Of a stretch of DNA of 64,000 nt, positions 38,460-48,117 are shown piece by piece. Every line of letters starts with the position of its first letter. Position 1 is the stretch's first letter. Source of the DNA: Patescibacteria group bacterium (lineage in GTDB: Bacteria > Patescibacteriota > Minisyncoccia > UBA6257 > GWB1-50-10); the NCBI GenBank assembly GCA_024239035.1, contig JANBVK010000001.1, positions 235,010 through 299,009 on the forward strand, read 5' to 3'. The notes beneath the pieces were generated by a model that was not told where the DNA came from, did not search any database, and was given only the letters and a program-made list of their open reading frames with translations. Both the position numbers and the translations under genes were made by a program.

Positions 38460-39790
38460 TTAAGTCTCTTCTTCGTCTCTTCAACCAGCTTTTCAAGAAT
38501 AATATTTTCCTGCACCCCTGATTTCATATCCCTAACAATAGCCGAACCTTCAAAAACCTCTCGCTGACCCACAATAATAGCGAGCCGCGCCTTAAACTTA
38601 TCCGCCATCTTAAGCTGATTTCCTAAAGATTTCTTGCCGAGTGATTCGAGGGTTTGAATTCCATTTGAACGCAGCTCGTTAATAAACTTCAAGCTTGCCT
38701 TCTTAGCTTCATCTCCTATAGCGATAAAAAACACTTTAGGTTTCGACTTCAGAGGAGGAGTTAAATCTTCGGCCTGCATAGCCTCAATAATCCTCTCAAG
38801 TCCCGACGAGCTGCCCACCGCCGGCATGGGTCTTCCTCCTAGAAGTTCCGAGAGATAATCATAGCGGCCGCCGCCTGCAAGTGCTGCCTCGGGTAGAGAA
38901 GAAGAAAAAACTTCAAACACCGTCTTATTATAGTAATCTAAGCCGCGGACTAAATACGGGTCGGGAACATAGGCAATATTATTATCCTCCACTAATTCCA
39001 AAACTGATCTGAAGTGATTATTGCAGCTACTACAAAGATAATCAAGGATAATCGGCGCATTTTCTCTTAACTTCTGACATTCCGGCTGCTTGCAGTCCAG
39101 AAGCCGGAGAATGTTCTGGTCATATCGCCGCACGCAGTCGCGGCAAAGCTTGGCTTTCCTGTAACGGTAATACTCCTTGAGTTTATCCCGATAGGTTGGA
39201 CGGCAAATCCGACAACCGATAGTATTAATTTTTAAAGTTGGTTCTTTAAACTTCAACGCTTTCAAAAAACTAAGAACCACTAAGATAATCTGAACATCGT
39301 AGACAGCGTCACTGTCTCCTATAATCTCAAATCCCCACTGGTGATGCTCACGATAGCGAGATTTCTGAGGTCTCTCGTATCTAAACATCGGACCGTAATA
39401 AAACACCTTTAGGGGTGATGCAAAATAACCCAGGTGGTGCTCAAGATAACTCCTCATAACGGGTGCTGTTCCTTCGGGGCGGAGGGCTACTTTCTCACCG
39501 CCTTTAGTTTTAAAAACGTACATTTCTTTCTCTACGATATCCGTTGCCGCCCCGACGCCCGCTTCAAAAAGACCAGCCTGTTCCACAATCGGCGTCTCAA
39601 TAAAACGGAAATCGTGAAGCTCACTAACCGTCCAACCGACATCAAAAATCGCCTTCCACCAACTCTGGTTTTTCGGCAAGATATCTGCCATCCCCCTGAC
39701 CGACTGAAATAAGTGATTTTTTTTTCTTTTCTTTACAGTCTTCTTACTCTCCTGTTTGACTGTTTTTGATTTAGGTATATTCATCCGCAT
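38456..39790 (-). CDS. hisS: Histidyl-tRNA synthetase
   Basis: LRPEGTA, FRYERPQ, LVRGLDYY, GGGRYD. Confidence 0.97.
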   Translation of the reverse strand: MRMNIPKSKTVKQESKKTVKKRKKNHLFQSVRGMADILPKNQSWWKAIFDVGWTVSELHDFRFIETPIVEQAGLFEAGVGAATDIVEKEMYVFKTKGGEKVALRPEGTAPVMRSYLEHHLGYFASPLKVFYYGPMFRYERPQKSRYREHHQWGFEIIGDSDAVYDVQIILVVLSFLKALKFKEPTLKINTIGCRICRPTYRDKLKEYYRYRKAKLCRDCVRRYDQNILRLLDCKQPECQKLRENAPIILDYLCSSCNNHFRSVLELVEDNNIAYVPDPYLVRGLDYYNKTVFEVFSSSLPEAALAGGGRYDYLSELLGGRPMPAVGSSSGLERIIEAMQAEDLTPPLKSKPKVFFIAIGDEAKKASLKFINELRSNGIQTLESLGKKSLGNQLKMADKFKARLAIIVGQREVFEGSAIVRDMKSGVQENIILEKLVEETKKRLK

Positions 39791-39796
39791 TATAAG

Positions 39797-40336
39797 CTAG
39801 TAACTTGGCGCACTAAACGCCATCACTTCATTAATCGGCCACAGACGGAAACGAGCAAAACCGACAATGTCGTCCTCTTCTAGTGGCCCCCAGCTCCTTG
39901 AATCAAAACTAAAATTACGGTTGTCCCCCATTACAAAGTACTCTGTAGAACTAAGCGTTTCATCAAAACTACCTCGCGTTCCTGTCCCCCAAAGATATGA
40001 CTCGGAAAGAATTTTTTCTTCCCCGTCTTCGTAAACCAGAACCTCACCATCTTTCACTACCACCCGCTCACCCGGTAGACCAATTATCCTTTTAATATAA
40101 AAAGCTCTCTTATCAGCCGGATATCTGAAAACAATCACCTCGCCGCGCTTTGGCTCACGGAAACGATACGTAAGTTCATCAACTAGTAAGTAATTATTAT
40201 CATAAAAATTAGGCTCCATACTGGAACCACTCACTAGAAAAGGTTGGGCTATAAAACTCCTAACCAAAAAAACTATCACTACCGCGATAACAAGGGTTTC
40301 AACTATTTCGAAGAAAGACCAAAGAAGTTTACGCAT
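39797..40336 (-). CDS. lepB: Signal peptidase I
   Basis: SGSSMEP, YIKRIIGLPG, GDNR..S.DSR. Confidence 0.96.
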   Translation of the reverse strand: MRKLLWSFFEIVETLVIAVVIVFLVRSFIAQPFLVSGSSMEPNFYDNNYLLVDELTYRFREPKRGEVIVFRYPADKRAFYIKRIIGLPGERVVVKDGEVLVYEDGEEKILSESYLWGTGTRGSFDETLSSTEYFVMGDNRNFSFDSRSWGPLEEDDIVGFARFRLWPINEVMAFSAPSY

Positions 40337-40381
40337 ATAATATGGCAGACAATAAAAAACTATGCGATAATTCTACAAAAT

Positions 40382-40930
40382 ATGCAACAAAAATTCAACC
40401 TTAAGCAGATTAAATTAGTTATCGGTCTCGGTAACCCCGGCAAAAAATATGAGGGCACGTACCATAACATCGGCTTTTTGTTCGTAGATTATCTAACAAA
40501 TCCGCCGGCTGGCGGACCAATTTCTAAGCCGCTCAAATCGAGCGTACACATGAACGAGTCAGGAAAATTTGTGCGAGCATCGATGAAAAAACGTGGGGTA
40601 AAACCCAAGGAATTGCTGATTGTCCACGACGATTCCGATATAATACTTGGGTCTTACAGATTCTCCTATCGTCGCGGTTCAGCGGGACACAAAGGGGTGG
40701 AATCAATTGTCCGGGTTCTCAAAACGAAAAATTTTTCCCGTCTCCGCATCGGCATCCGACCCAAAAAAGCGGGTCTGCCCGCCGGCTTGCCCGCCAAAGC
40801 TTTAGCATCGGCAGGAGCCCGGAGGGCGAAGGCGGGAGAGTTGGTGTTAAAAAAAATAACCCCAAGCCATAGAAAAACATTAGAAGAGGTATTTAAGAAA
40901 ATAGAGAAAGACTGCTTCTCCTTTACCTAA
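40382..40930 (+). CDS. pth: Peptidyl-tRNA hydrolase
   Basis: GLGNPG..Y..TYHNIG, MNESG, HDD, SAGHKG, RLRIGI; start taken at MQQKF. Confidence 0.92.
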   Translation: MQQKFNLKQIKLVIGLGNPGKKYEGTYHNIGFLFVDYLTNPPAGGPISKPLKSSVHMNESGKFVRASMKKRGVKPKELLIVHDDSDIILGSYRFSYRRGSAGHKGVESIVRVLKTKNFSRLRIGIRPKKAGLPAGLPAKALASAGARRAKAGELVLKKITPSHRKTLEEVFKKIEKDCFSFT

Positions 40931-42416
40931 TCCGAAAACTTACATTAAAACCTACAGAACCGTCTTTCGAAACTGTAATCCCTGCAAGGGGTAAATCAAC
41001 GTTGAAAAAATCGGATTCATCTACTAATACATTTTTAAACTTTATCACCTGGGAATTACTGGGTGCGCGGCCAACAAGGCTCACAGGTTCGGTGCTGGCC
41101 CCAACGCTAAGCCTACCCAAAGTAATATTATTCCCGTCCGCCAACTGCTTGATCCGGCTAAAAATCTGATGCCAAGGTCGGGATTCACGTCTTGCTTTTT
41201 CCACCGCCCCAACTAAGTTATTAAACTCGTCTACTTTTTGCCCAAGTTGAACTAACTCAGTTTGAGAAATCTGGGCTTTAAAAACATTTAACCTATCAGT
41301 TAAAATATTTGACTGCTTTACTAAAAATACGGCTGACATCCCGAAAGCCCCCAAAAAAACCAACATCGCCCCAATAACAACACCTCTCCACATCCTTATA
41401 AAATTTAGAGCACGTTCCTGATAGAACGTCTCGACTAAGCTCTCGCCGCTTAAATTAACCTGAGTGTCTCGACCACCATGCAATTTTCCCCTCATTGCTG
41501 ATCCTAAAACTGCGTACCAGCCGGGTGCAAGCGGATAAGATTTAACAGAAAGCATTGTTGCTTTTAATTTGAAATGGTTTTGAAGTAATTGCCCAATATC
41601 TCCTTCAAAACCAGGTGCAATGATAAGTACTTGGCTTACATTTTCTTTAAACCGCTTAAGAGAAAAATCAATAACTCTTCTTACCTCTTGGATTACTACT
41701 TCCTCGAAAGCCGCCTTGGAAATCTCATGACTTTCTCCTTGAACCGACTGCCAAGAACGGAAATATTGAAAATAGAGCGATCCTTTTTTTAGAATAGAAA
41801 GGTCTAGGCCATCACTTGAAATTTGGAGAACAATCACCGGTTCCAGAGATAAATTAACAGAACTGCTTATCACCCTCGCCAAGGCTAGGGCCGGAAACTC
41901 AAAAATTAGACCATCAAAGTTAGCCGCTGCCAATAAACTTTTTAGTTTATCTACAACATCCTTGGATACAAAAGCACCTAACAGGTCATACCGGTCCTCC
42001 GTATCACCGATTACCTGCCAACTCATATGAGCATCTCCAACGTCAATCGGAGATATTATTTGAAGGTTAAGTTGAGCGGACTCTTCAAGTTTTTCTTGGT
42101 CAATTTTGGGGACATTAAAACTTTGAGTGTAAATAACGGCGGGTGGAAGAGAAACAATAACCTGCAATTTACGATTATCATCATTGGAAGAAATCATTTT
42201 GTGAAGCTGGCGCAGAAGACTCAAAAGCTGATCGGGAGCTTCAATTTTTCCTCCCTTAACTACTCCCGGCGGCAAACGCAGAGAAAAAGAGACAGGTTTT
42301 CCTTTCTCCAAAAGAACGTACTGGATAACTGAGTCACTAATCTGAAGCCCTCCTGTTTTTGGCTTTGAGCCTAACTTATCAAAAAAGTAAGCAAGACTTT
42401 CAAATATTCTTCTCAT
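40923..42416 (-). CDS. PilM-like protein fused to PilN-like domain
   Basis: GLQISD..., LPPGVV.GG.I actin-like N-terminus, VNL motif, TM segment, PilN-like C-terminus. Confidence 0.75.
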   Translation of the reverse strand: MRRIFESLAYFFDKLGSKPKTGGLQISDSVIQYVLLEKGKPVSFSLRLPPGVVKGGKIEAPDQLLSLLRQLHKMISSNDDNRKLQVIVSLPPAVIYTQSFNVPKIDQEKLEESAQLNLQIISPIDVGDAHMSWQVIGDTEDRYDLLGAFVSKDVVDKLKSLLAAANFDGLIFEFPALALARVISSSVNLSLEPVIVLQISSDGLDLSILKKGSLYFQYFRSWQSVQGESHEISKAAFEEVVIQEVRRVIDFSLKRFKENVSQVLIIAPGFEGDIGQLLQNHFKLKATMLSVKSYPLAPGWYAVLGSAMRGKLHGGRDTQVNLSGESLVETFYQERALNFIRMWRGVVIGAMLVFLGAFGMSAVFLVKQSNILTDRLNVFKAQISQTELVQLGQKVDEFNNLVGAVEKARRESRPWHQIFSRIKQLADGNNITLGRLSVGASTEPVSLVGRAPSNSQVIKFKNVLVDESDFFNVDLPLAGITVSKDGSVGFNVSFRIR

Positions 42417-42426
42417 AGTTTACAAA

Positions 42427-42855
42427 TTAAGTTACCGGTTCCTCACTAAGCGACTGAAGTTGGACATAACCCGTGGTCTGGTTAACCACCAAGATTGCAA
42501 CTAGTTTCCTCTGCCTACTGCCGGCTGTTGCTGTGGAACTTATTGTATAAATATAGATATTTAAAGCGTTATCAACGGTCCTCATTGCGGAAACCGAGGT
42601 ATTATCATCACCTACAGTTAGATTATAGTTTTGAGGAGTAGAGCCGAATTCTTTGTCCCTTGTAATTTTAATCATTGCATCGCGAATGCCTGAATGGGCT
42701 GCCGCCGAGGCTCTCAAAGACAATCGCTCTCCTAAACCGGCTGTGCCCAAAAAATAAGTTACGAAAGAACCGGCAATGGTAATCTCAATGATAATGCCGC
42801 TTATAAGAAGAATAAACGGAAGAGCAATCTGCCCTCGCGCGGAGTTATATCCCAT
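42427..42855 (-). CDS. PilX-like minor pilin
   Basis: ARG|QIAL hydrophobic stretch, A..AAHSGIRDA; start taken at MGYNS. Confidence 0.65.
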   Translation of the reverse strand: MGYNSARGQIALPFILLISGIIIEITIAGSFVTYFLGTAGLGERLSLRASAAAHSGIRDAMIKITRDKEFGSTPQNYNLTVGDDNTSVSAMRTVDNALNIYIYTISSTATAGSRQRKLVAILVVNQTTGYVQLQSLSEEPVT

Positions 42856-42904
42856 GTCACTATAATACCAAAATGTACATCCTTGTGTCATGCACACTTA
42901 ACCA

Positions 42905-42940
42905 AACTAAAAACTCCCCATATATGGGGAGTTTTTAGTT
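42905..42940. terminator. Palindromic, probably bidirectional terminator
   Basis: aactaaaaactccccata|tatggggagtttttagtt. Confidence 0.7.
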
Positions 42941-42972
42941 GTTGGAAAACTGTTTGTGGCTCATTCAGATTA

Positions 42973-43422
42973 CTATTGTCCTTCTGGTACTTCCTGTGGC
43001 GCAGCGGGTGCGGCGGGGGCAGGAGCTGACGGCGGACCAACTGCTCCTCCTTGAGCTTGAGGCAAAAGATCCGGATTTGCTCTAATCACTTGGGCCAGCT
43101 GTCCTTGGGGATTAAGTTTAGTAATCCAAATAACCTCTTCACGATTAAGTTTTATCCGGTCCTCCGGCCCCCAAAAAATATTCGTAAACTTCTGAATGCT
43201 AACAGGGTTCTGTTGGTTTTGTGGATTAACTTGCAGGAGATATACGTTCTTCAAACCGAGGGATGGAAAACGAGTAAGCTGTCCGAAATAAAGGTCGCCG
43301 GTCCGCAAAAGAACCGCGTAGTAAGGCTGGCTTCCTAAAACCGTTTTCCAAACAACTACTCCAACCAGAACTATTAACAGCAACACGACCAGCACCAAAA
43401 GAATTTTATTTGTCCTGCTCAC
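42973..43422 (-). CDS. Membrane-anchored hypothetical protein
   Basis: TM segment, YYAVLLRTGDLYFG, WGPED, Pro/Ala tail. Confidence 0.8.
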   Translation of the reverse strand: MSRTNKILLVLVVLLLIVLVGVVVWKTVLGSQPYYAVLLRTGDLYFGQLTRFPSLGLKNVYLLQVNPQNQQNPVSIQKFTNIFWGPEDRIKLNREEVIWITKLNPQGQLAQVIRANPDLLPQAQGGAVGPPSAPAPAAPAAPQEVPEGQ

Positions 43423-43524
43423 AATATGTAATAATATAACATACTCTGCCTTTTTTGAAATTCCTGCCTGTGGATAACAAGAGGGCCCCGACGTCTATAC
43501 GAACGTCGAGGCCCTTACTACAGG

Positions 43525-44631
43525 TTACCTCTTATTGTGGAACCGTTTTGTGACAGGATCAATGTACCCTATCAAACTGCCGTCAACCTTGACGGCTACC
43601 TGACCGTTTACGATGAAACCTCCACTTGCGCCGGCGGGTGCCGTAACGACAAACCTTCGCGCATCCTCTGCTACCCCCTCGCCGACAGCCAAGGTGGAGA
43701 CAAGCCAGTTACCAACACTGCCAAATTCAGCCTCGAGCTCGAAGTCAATTCTCTCGCCAGCAGCGTAAGCCCTACCGAGGTAATCGTCAACGACGAAGGC
43801 GATTGAGACGCAGGGATTTTGTCCCTCTACACATTCCGGCCACGCCGCTGTGAAAATAGCATATCGCAGAGCGTTGTCGGCGTCACCCCAGAACGAAGCT
43901 TTAAAGGTGTGGGTACCGTCAACGGTGCTACTTTGGACTTCCGCCCCGGATCCATCGGTAATGCTAAGCTCCGTATGGACAAGATTATCGGCTGACGGGC
44001 TGGCAGTCACGAACATCCAAACAGGACCTTCCGTCTCACCAGCATCGTTTACGGCCGTCACCTGCCAGTAATGGGGGGTCGAGAAAGCGAGTCCCACCAC
44101 ACTCAGGGTTGTATCCTGAGTAGTGCCACACACGCTCAAGTTGTCTTCCGCAGTACCTCGGCAGACTCGGTAGAGCTCTGCTCCATTAGTCGTGAACCAC
44201 TTAAAAGTGGTGTTTGTTAACACGACTGTGCCTGCTGTCGGCGAGACATAAACCGGTGCCGCAGGCGGCATAAGAGCGGGCACGGTTGTAAATGACCACA
44301 TATCTCCCCAAACGGTAGTATCGGGTGCAACAGCTCCCACCTGCCACGGGATGGTGGTGCCATGAGGAAGATCAAGGAGCGCAAGACTGGTTTCCCGGGT
44401 CTCTACGCTATCCATTTGGTCTGGACGAGAACCCACTAGAACGATGTACCAATCAGCTCCTTTAGCCTCAGACCACTCGAGTTCAATATTCACCGGAACA
44501 TCATCTGCACCGTTTAACGGAGACAGATATTGAGGTTTTTCAGGTACTACAGTTCCCGGTCCAGTCCCGTCGCTGCAGGAGAGGGCAGCGAAAACTGCGA
44601 CCGCAAGCGAGATGCGCATATAGATTTTCAC
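43525..44631 (-). CDS. Putative lipoprotein with two fibronectin-III-like domains
   Basis: Lipobox ALS-C; repeated P..LSP..G..V...W..GA..Y...WQV.AV...G..W.F.T; GTG start after GGAGG. Confidence 0.75.
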   Translation of the reverse strand: MKIYMRISLAVAVFAALSCSDGTGPGTVVPEKPQYLSPLNGADDVPVNIELEWSEAKGADWYIVLVGSRPDQMDSVETRETSLALLDLPHGTTIPWQVGAVAPDTTVWGDMWSFTTVPALMPPAAPVYVSPTAGTVVLTNTTFKWFTTNGAELYRVCRGTAEDNLSVCGTTQDTTLSVVGLAFSTPHYWQVTAVNDAGETEGPVWMFVTASPSADNLVHTELSITDGSGAEVQSSTVDGTHTFKASFWGDADNALRYAIFTAAWPECVEGQNPCVSIAFVVDDYLGRAYAAGERIDFELEAEFGSVGNWLVSTLAVGEGVAEDARRFVVTAPAGASGGFIVNGQVAVKVDGSLIGYIDPVTKRFHNKR

Positions 44632-44766
44632 AACTCCCTCCGTACGCTTAGGGTTAATAAATAAACGATCTATAGTCCTTATACTATAAAAGACATCCTT
44701 TGTCAATAAAATGAAAAGGCGCCCACTGCTGCGAGCGCCTTTACTAACTTGAATCCCCCATCGGAA

Positions 44767-45834
44767 TCACTGCGACTCAAGGGTATTCGTAAAGCTTGCG
44801 AAATCGTAACTTACGAACCCCAAGTGCCACGTTCCGTCGCCGGCCAGAGTTGAGAACCAGACTCTCAAGACACCACCGTTCCCGTACACAAAAGATGCCC
44901 TGTAGAGCGACCGCGATGCCCAATCGGCGAAACCCTTCTCTAGAAAAGGTGTCGCGTACGTCTCCCAGACAACGCCGTCAGCACTCCTCGCGAAAAACAA
45001 GTCATTGTCTCCGCAACCAGACCCCGACGGATAGGCAGCATAGATTGCCCAGTACTCCCTTGAAGAGGGAATATAGACAACGTCAATGTGCCATATAACG
45101 TAGCCGGGTTGGTCAAACGCCGTAACCACCGGCTCCGACCAATTAGCTCCCGAGAGTCCCGAACCAAGACCACCCAAGCCGCTCGCCGACCTCATCTTGA
45201 CTTCCGTAGAGGTAGCTCGGCATCCCGACGACCCCGAGTCAACGTACCAAATCTTAGGATAGAGTCCGTCAACAAGAACTAAAGACCTGCTCGCTGCTTG
45301 AGAAACGGCGCTGTGATTCGGTTCCTGAAACGCGATCTGTTCCGAATGCCAATCAATCCCGTCCTCCGAAACCCGCGTTTTGATAACGTTGTTTCCGTCT
45401 CTCACCTCTCGCCAGGTAAGAACGAGACGATCCCTAAAAGAATCGTAGAGTAAGTCCGGGTCGGAGTTGTGAAGAGCGCCCGGCTCGAGAGGAGCAACAG
45501 GGTTCGTTATCCCTTCGGGCTCAAGCCACGTCATCCCATCCTGACTCACTACAATCGAGGGATTTTCAAGTCTGGCGTTCCCATTCGGGTAGGGTGTAAT
45601 CGCCATCCAGTAGTTCCATCCATTCCACCCTAGAGAAAAATGCAGAATGTCGGGATGAACGGTTTGACCCGACCCATCGTACGTCGGTACACTGAGCTCC
45701 GTCGGTTCACCAAGAACCGAAACGGTGAGTTCCATCGGTCCCGTAAGCGGCCCAGGCAGCTCCACCGTGGATGGAGCATGACTGTCCGTGCAGCCGAGAA
45801 GCACACCAACAAGCAACACTATCGATCTATTCAT
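44767..45834 (-). CDS. Putative lipoprotein, beta-propeller glycoside-hydrolase-like
   Basis: Lipobox LLG-C; PTYDGSGQTVHPD, ENPSI, SDPD, S.DG..W repeats; TTGACA-N17-TATATT promoter. Confidence 0.7.
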   Translation of the reverse strand: MNRSIVLLVGVLLGCTDSHAPSTVELPGPLTGPMELTVSVLGEPTELSVPTYDGSGQTVHPDILHFSLGWNGWNYWMAITPYPNGNARLENPSIVVSQDGMTWLEPEGITNPVAPLEPGALHNSDPDLLYDSFRDRLVLTWREVRDGNNVIKTRVSEDGIDWHSEQIAFQEPNHSAVSQAASRSLVLVDGLYPKIWYVDSGSSGCRATSTEVKMRSASGLGGLGSGLSGANWSEPVVTAFDQPGYVIWHIDVVYIPSSREYWAIYAAYPSGSGCGDNDLFFARSADGVVWETYATPFLEKGFADWASRSLYRASFVYGNGGVLRVWFSTLAGDGTWHLGFVSYDFASFTNTLESQ

Positions 45835-45947
45835 GGTTACATCTCCATGCGCTGAAGTGAATTTGCTAAAGCCAATATAACAGAATCGCGAGTATTTGTC
45901 AAAAGAGCTCAAGAGAGCCGGAGTGAGATTACCACGTCTCTGCCGAT

Positions 45948-47165
45948 TCAACGACACTGCTGGGTCCTTGTTACCCAGTTACAACCGTAAGCCTGCCAAG
46001 GACAGCCATCAATCATACAATCGCCGGGGTTTGTGTAATAGGTAGCTGATGACCCACACCCAGGAGCTGATCCGCTCCAACCCGTACCGCCTACTCCAAG
46101 CGGAAAACATTCCCCGTTCCCGTTCGGAAAATGTTGGAAAGCTAAAGCGTCTTCTATAAGAGTTGCGAAGAACTTACTATCCTCCTTCCGTGCTTCCGAT
46201 GAGCAATTCTCACACCTTCCACCGGTCTGGGTGTACCTTTTCGTCTGAGAACCGTCGCAATTATAATCAAACGAACCGTCGCCCCGGTGGGTTGTGAAAT
46301 AAGACGACTGCCCCGGTTTTGCATTTGAATTGCTGTCATAGCAATCCGTAGTGTAAGAAGTTAAGACACTTCGACGGCGGCGACCACTTGCTGAACCCGT
46401 ATATTGGGTGGAATTTGCCGGATAGCCGTCACTATCAGAATCAGCCATATAAAGATACGCTTCTCTAAGCTGGCCACTACTTCCAATAACAATTGACCCG
46501 CTGTTAATGGAGACTGAACGCCCCGGGTTCCGTGCGAAAGCAGCATTTAACGTAAGAGTATACGTTTGTATAGTCACGTTTCCATTATCAACTCCGTCTG
46601 TTGAGGAAATAGTGCAATTGGCCGTCGTGGTCCAATTTCCGGAAATAGGAATTCCACATGCGTCCGACCACGCAATGGTTATTGAGTTTTCTCTGTCGGC
46701 TGCGTCTCTCGCAACAAATATGGTGTGGTAAAACGTGTCGTGGGTATCTTTGACCTGCCATTCTCCTTCCCAAGTTTCTTCTCCTGTCATCTCAAGCGGG
46801 ACCGTTGTTGTTCCGTTGTCGGTTTCAATGTTGGCAATAACCGAGTTTATCCCTGCCGGTGATTGAACTACAATTCTGAACTTCTGGATATCACCGACAT
46901 GCACGTCAGGCGGGTCAACGACTCCTTCAAGGAACTTTGGCTGCGCATTTTCGGCGGAGATCACCTGGAATACATACTCTCCTTCAGGTAACGGTCCCCA
47001 TTTTTCTCCTTTCTCATTCACGAATTTCCTATCACTTTGCAAGGCCTGCTCATCAGAGCTGGCTTGTTCCTTATTCCTCTGCGGTTCGTAAAATTGAACA
47101 AGCACACCAATACCTACCACAATCAAAACTGCAAGAATAATTAAAATATTTTTCCTCGTAATCAA
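45948..47165 (-). CDS. Membrane-anchored Cys-rich surface protein
   Basis: TM segment, Ig-like region, DSDSDGY...DCYDSN...PG...DYNCDG acidic Cys motif. Confidence 0.7.
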   Translation of the reverse strand: MITRKNILIILAVLIVVGIGVLVQFYEPQRNKEQASSDEQALQSDRKFVNEKGEKWGPLPEGEYVFQVISAENAQPKFLEGVVDPPDVHVGDIQKFRIVVQSPAGINSVIANIETDNGTTTVPLEMTGEETWEGEWQVKDTHDTFYHTIFVARDAADRENSITIAWSDACGIPISGNWTTTANCTISSTDGVDNGNVTIQTYTLTLNAAFARNPGRSVSINSGSIVIGSSGQLREAYLYMADSDSDGYPANSTQYTGSASGRRRRSVLTSYTTDCYDSNSNAKPGQSSYFTTHRGDGSFDYNCDGSQTKRYTQTGGRCENCSSEARKEDSKFFATLIEDALAFQHFPNGNGECFPLGVGGTGWSGSAPGCGSSATYYTNPGDCMIDGCPWQAYGCNWVTRTQQCR

Positions 47166-47184
47166 GCCTTTGTCCTTATTAATA

Positions 47185-47475
47185 TTACTGGTATAAATCG
47201 TGAAGAATGCGGCAGGGTTCCACGATACGCGGGTTTGTAATTTTATAGTAGACGTTTAGTCCTTCACGTCGCGTCTTAACGAGTTTATTGTGACGAAGTA
47301 CTGCAAGGTGCTGAGAAACATTTGCCTTTTTAAGCTTGAGTATCCCGACAAGTTTTTCAACAGGGAGTTCACGCTTACTCAAAATATTCAAAATCTCAAG
47401 GCGCTTTGAATTTGCCATAATCTTATAGATCTCGGCGTTACGGAGGTAGGTTGCTTTTGGAAATGGCGATTTCAT
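47185..47475 (-). CDS. ArsR/SmtB-family transcriptional regulator
   Basis: ANSKRLEIL, NVSQHLAVLR, RREG..VYY; start taken at MKSPF. Confidence 0.92.
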   Translation of the reverse strand: MKSPFPKATYLRNAEIYKIMANSKRLEILNILSKRELPVEKLVGILKLKKANVSQHLAVLRHNKLVKTRREGLNVYYKITNPRIVEPCRILHDLYQ

Positions 47476-47612
47476 AGTTTCGAAACTATGCAATAAGTAT
47501 ATAATAATACGGGCATCCTTCAAGGGGGAGTTATCCACGTCCAACTCGGTGGGAATTATAGACACACCAGGTTCATAATTGACAGGTGGGAGGAAGCGGT
47601 TACCATAAAGTT

Positions 47613-48098
47613 ATGCAACTTAAAACAAAATACCTGAACGGTTTACTTATTTTTCTTATAGTTGTGGCAGTTGTTCTGGGGTACGCTATTTACAGCCAGT
47701 CGCCCGAAAAACCCGAGCTTAAAGCAGAAATATCGTCCTTGACCCCGACCCCCGACGAGTCCGAAGTTTTAAACGTTCCCGACCTTAATGCGTCCACTGA
47801 AGAAAAACAACGTCACTTTGAGCTTGTAGTGCAGGTTGCTAAAACCGCTGAATTCTTGGATATAAGCGATTGCAATCCATCACCGGTAGTAATGAAAATA
47901 AAAAAAGGAGAAACGATAGCTGTCAGAAACAATGACTCAGCCGATCACTCAATTGTGTTTAATTTAGAGAGCATACACCCCATCCCCGCAGGGAGCACAA
48001 AAAATATTACCAACGTCTTTGATAAGGGTCCGGGAGTTTACGGTTATGGGTGCGACGCATCAACCGGTGCTGTCGGTATGTTCTTAGTGACCGAATAG
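47613..48098 (+). CDS. Small membrane-anchored cupredoxin-like protein (paralog 1 of 3)
   Basis: TM segment, EEKQRHFEL, C.PSPVV..KKG, N.D..DH, GVYGYGC. Confidence 0.65.
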   Translation: MQLKTKYLNGLLIFLIVVAVVLGYAIYSQSPEKPELKAEISSLTPTPDESEVLNVPDLNASTEEKQRHFELVVQVAKTAEFLDISDCNPSPVVMKIKKGETIAVRNNDSADHSIVFNLESIHPIPAGSTKNITNVFDKGPGVYGYGCDASTGAVGMFLVTE

Positions 48099-48117
48099 CT
48101 GATTTCTTTCTTGGTCT

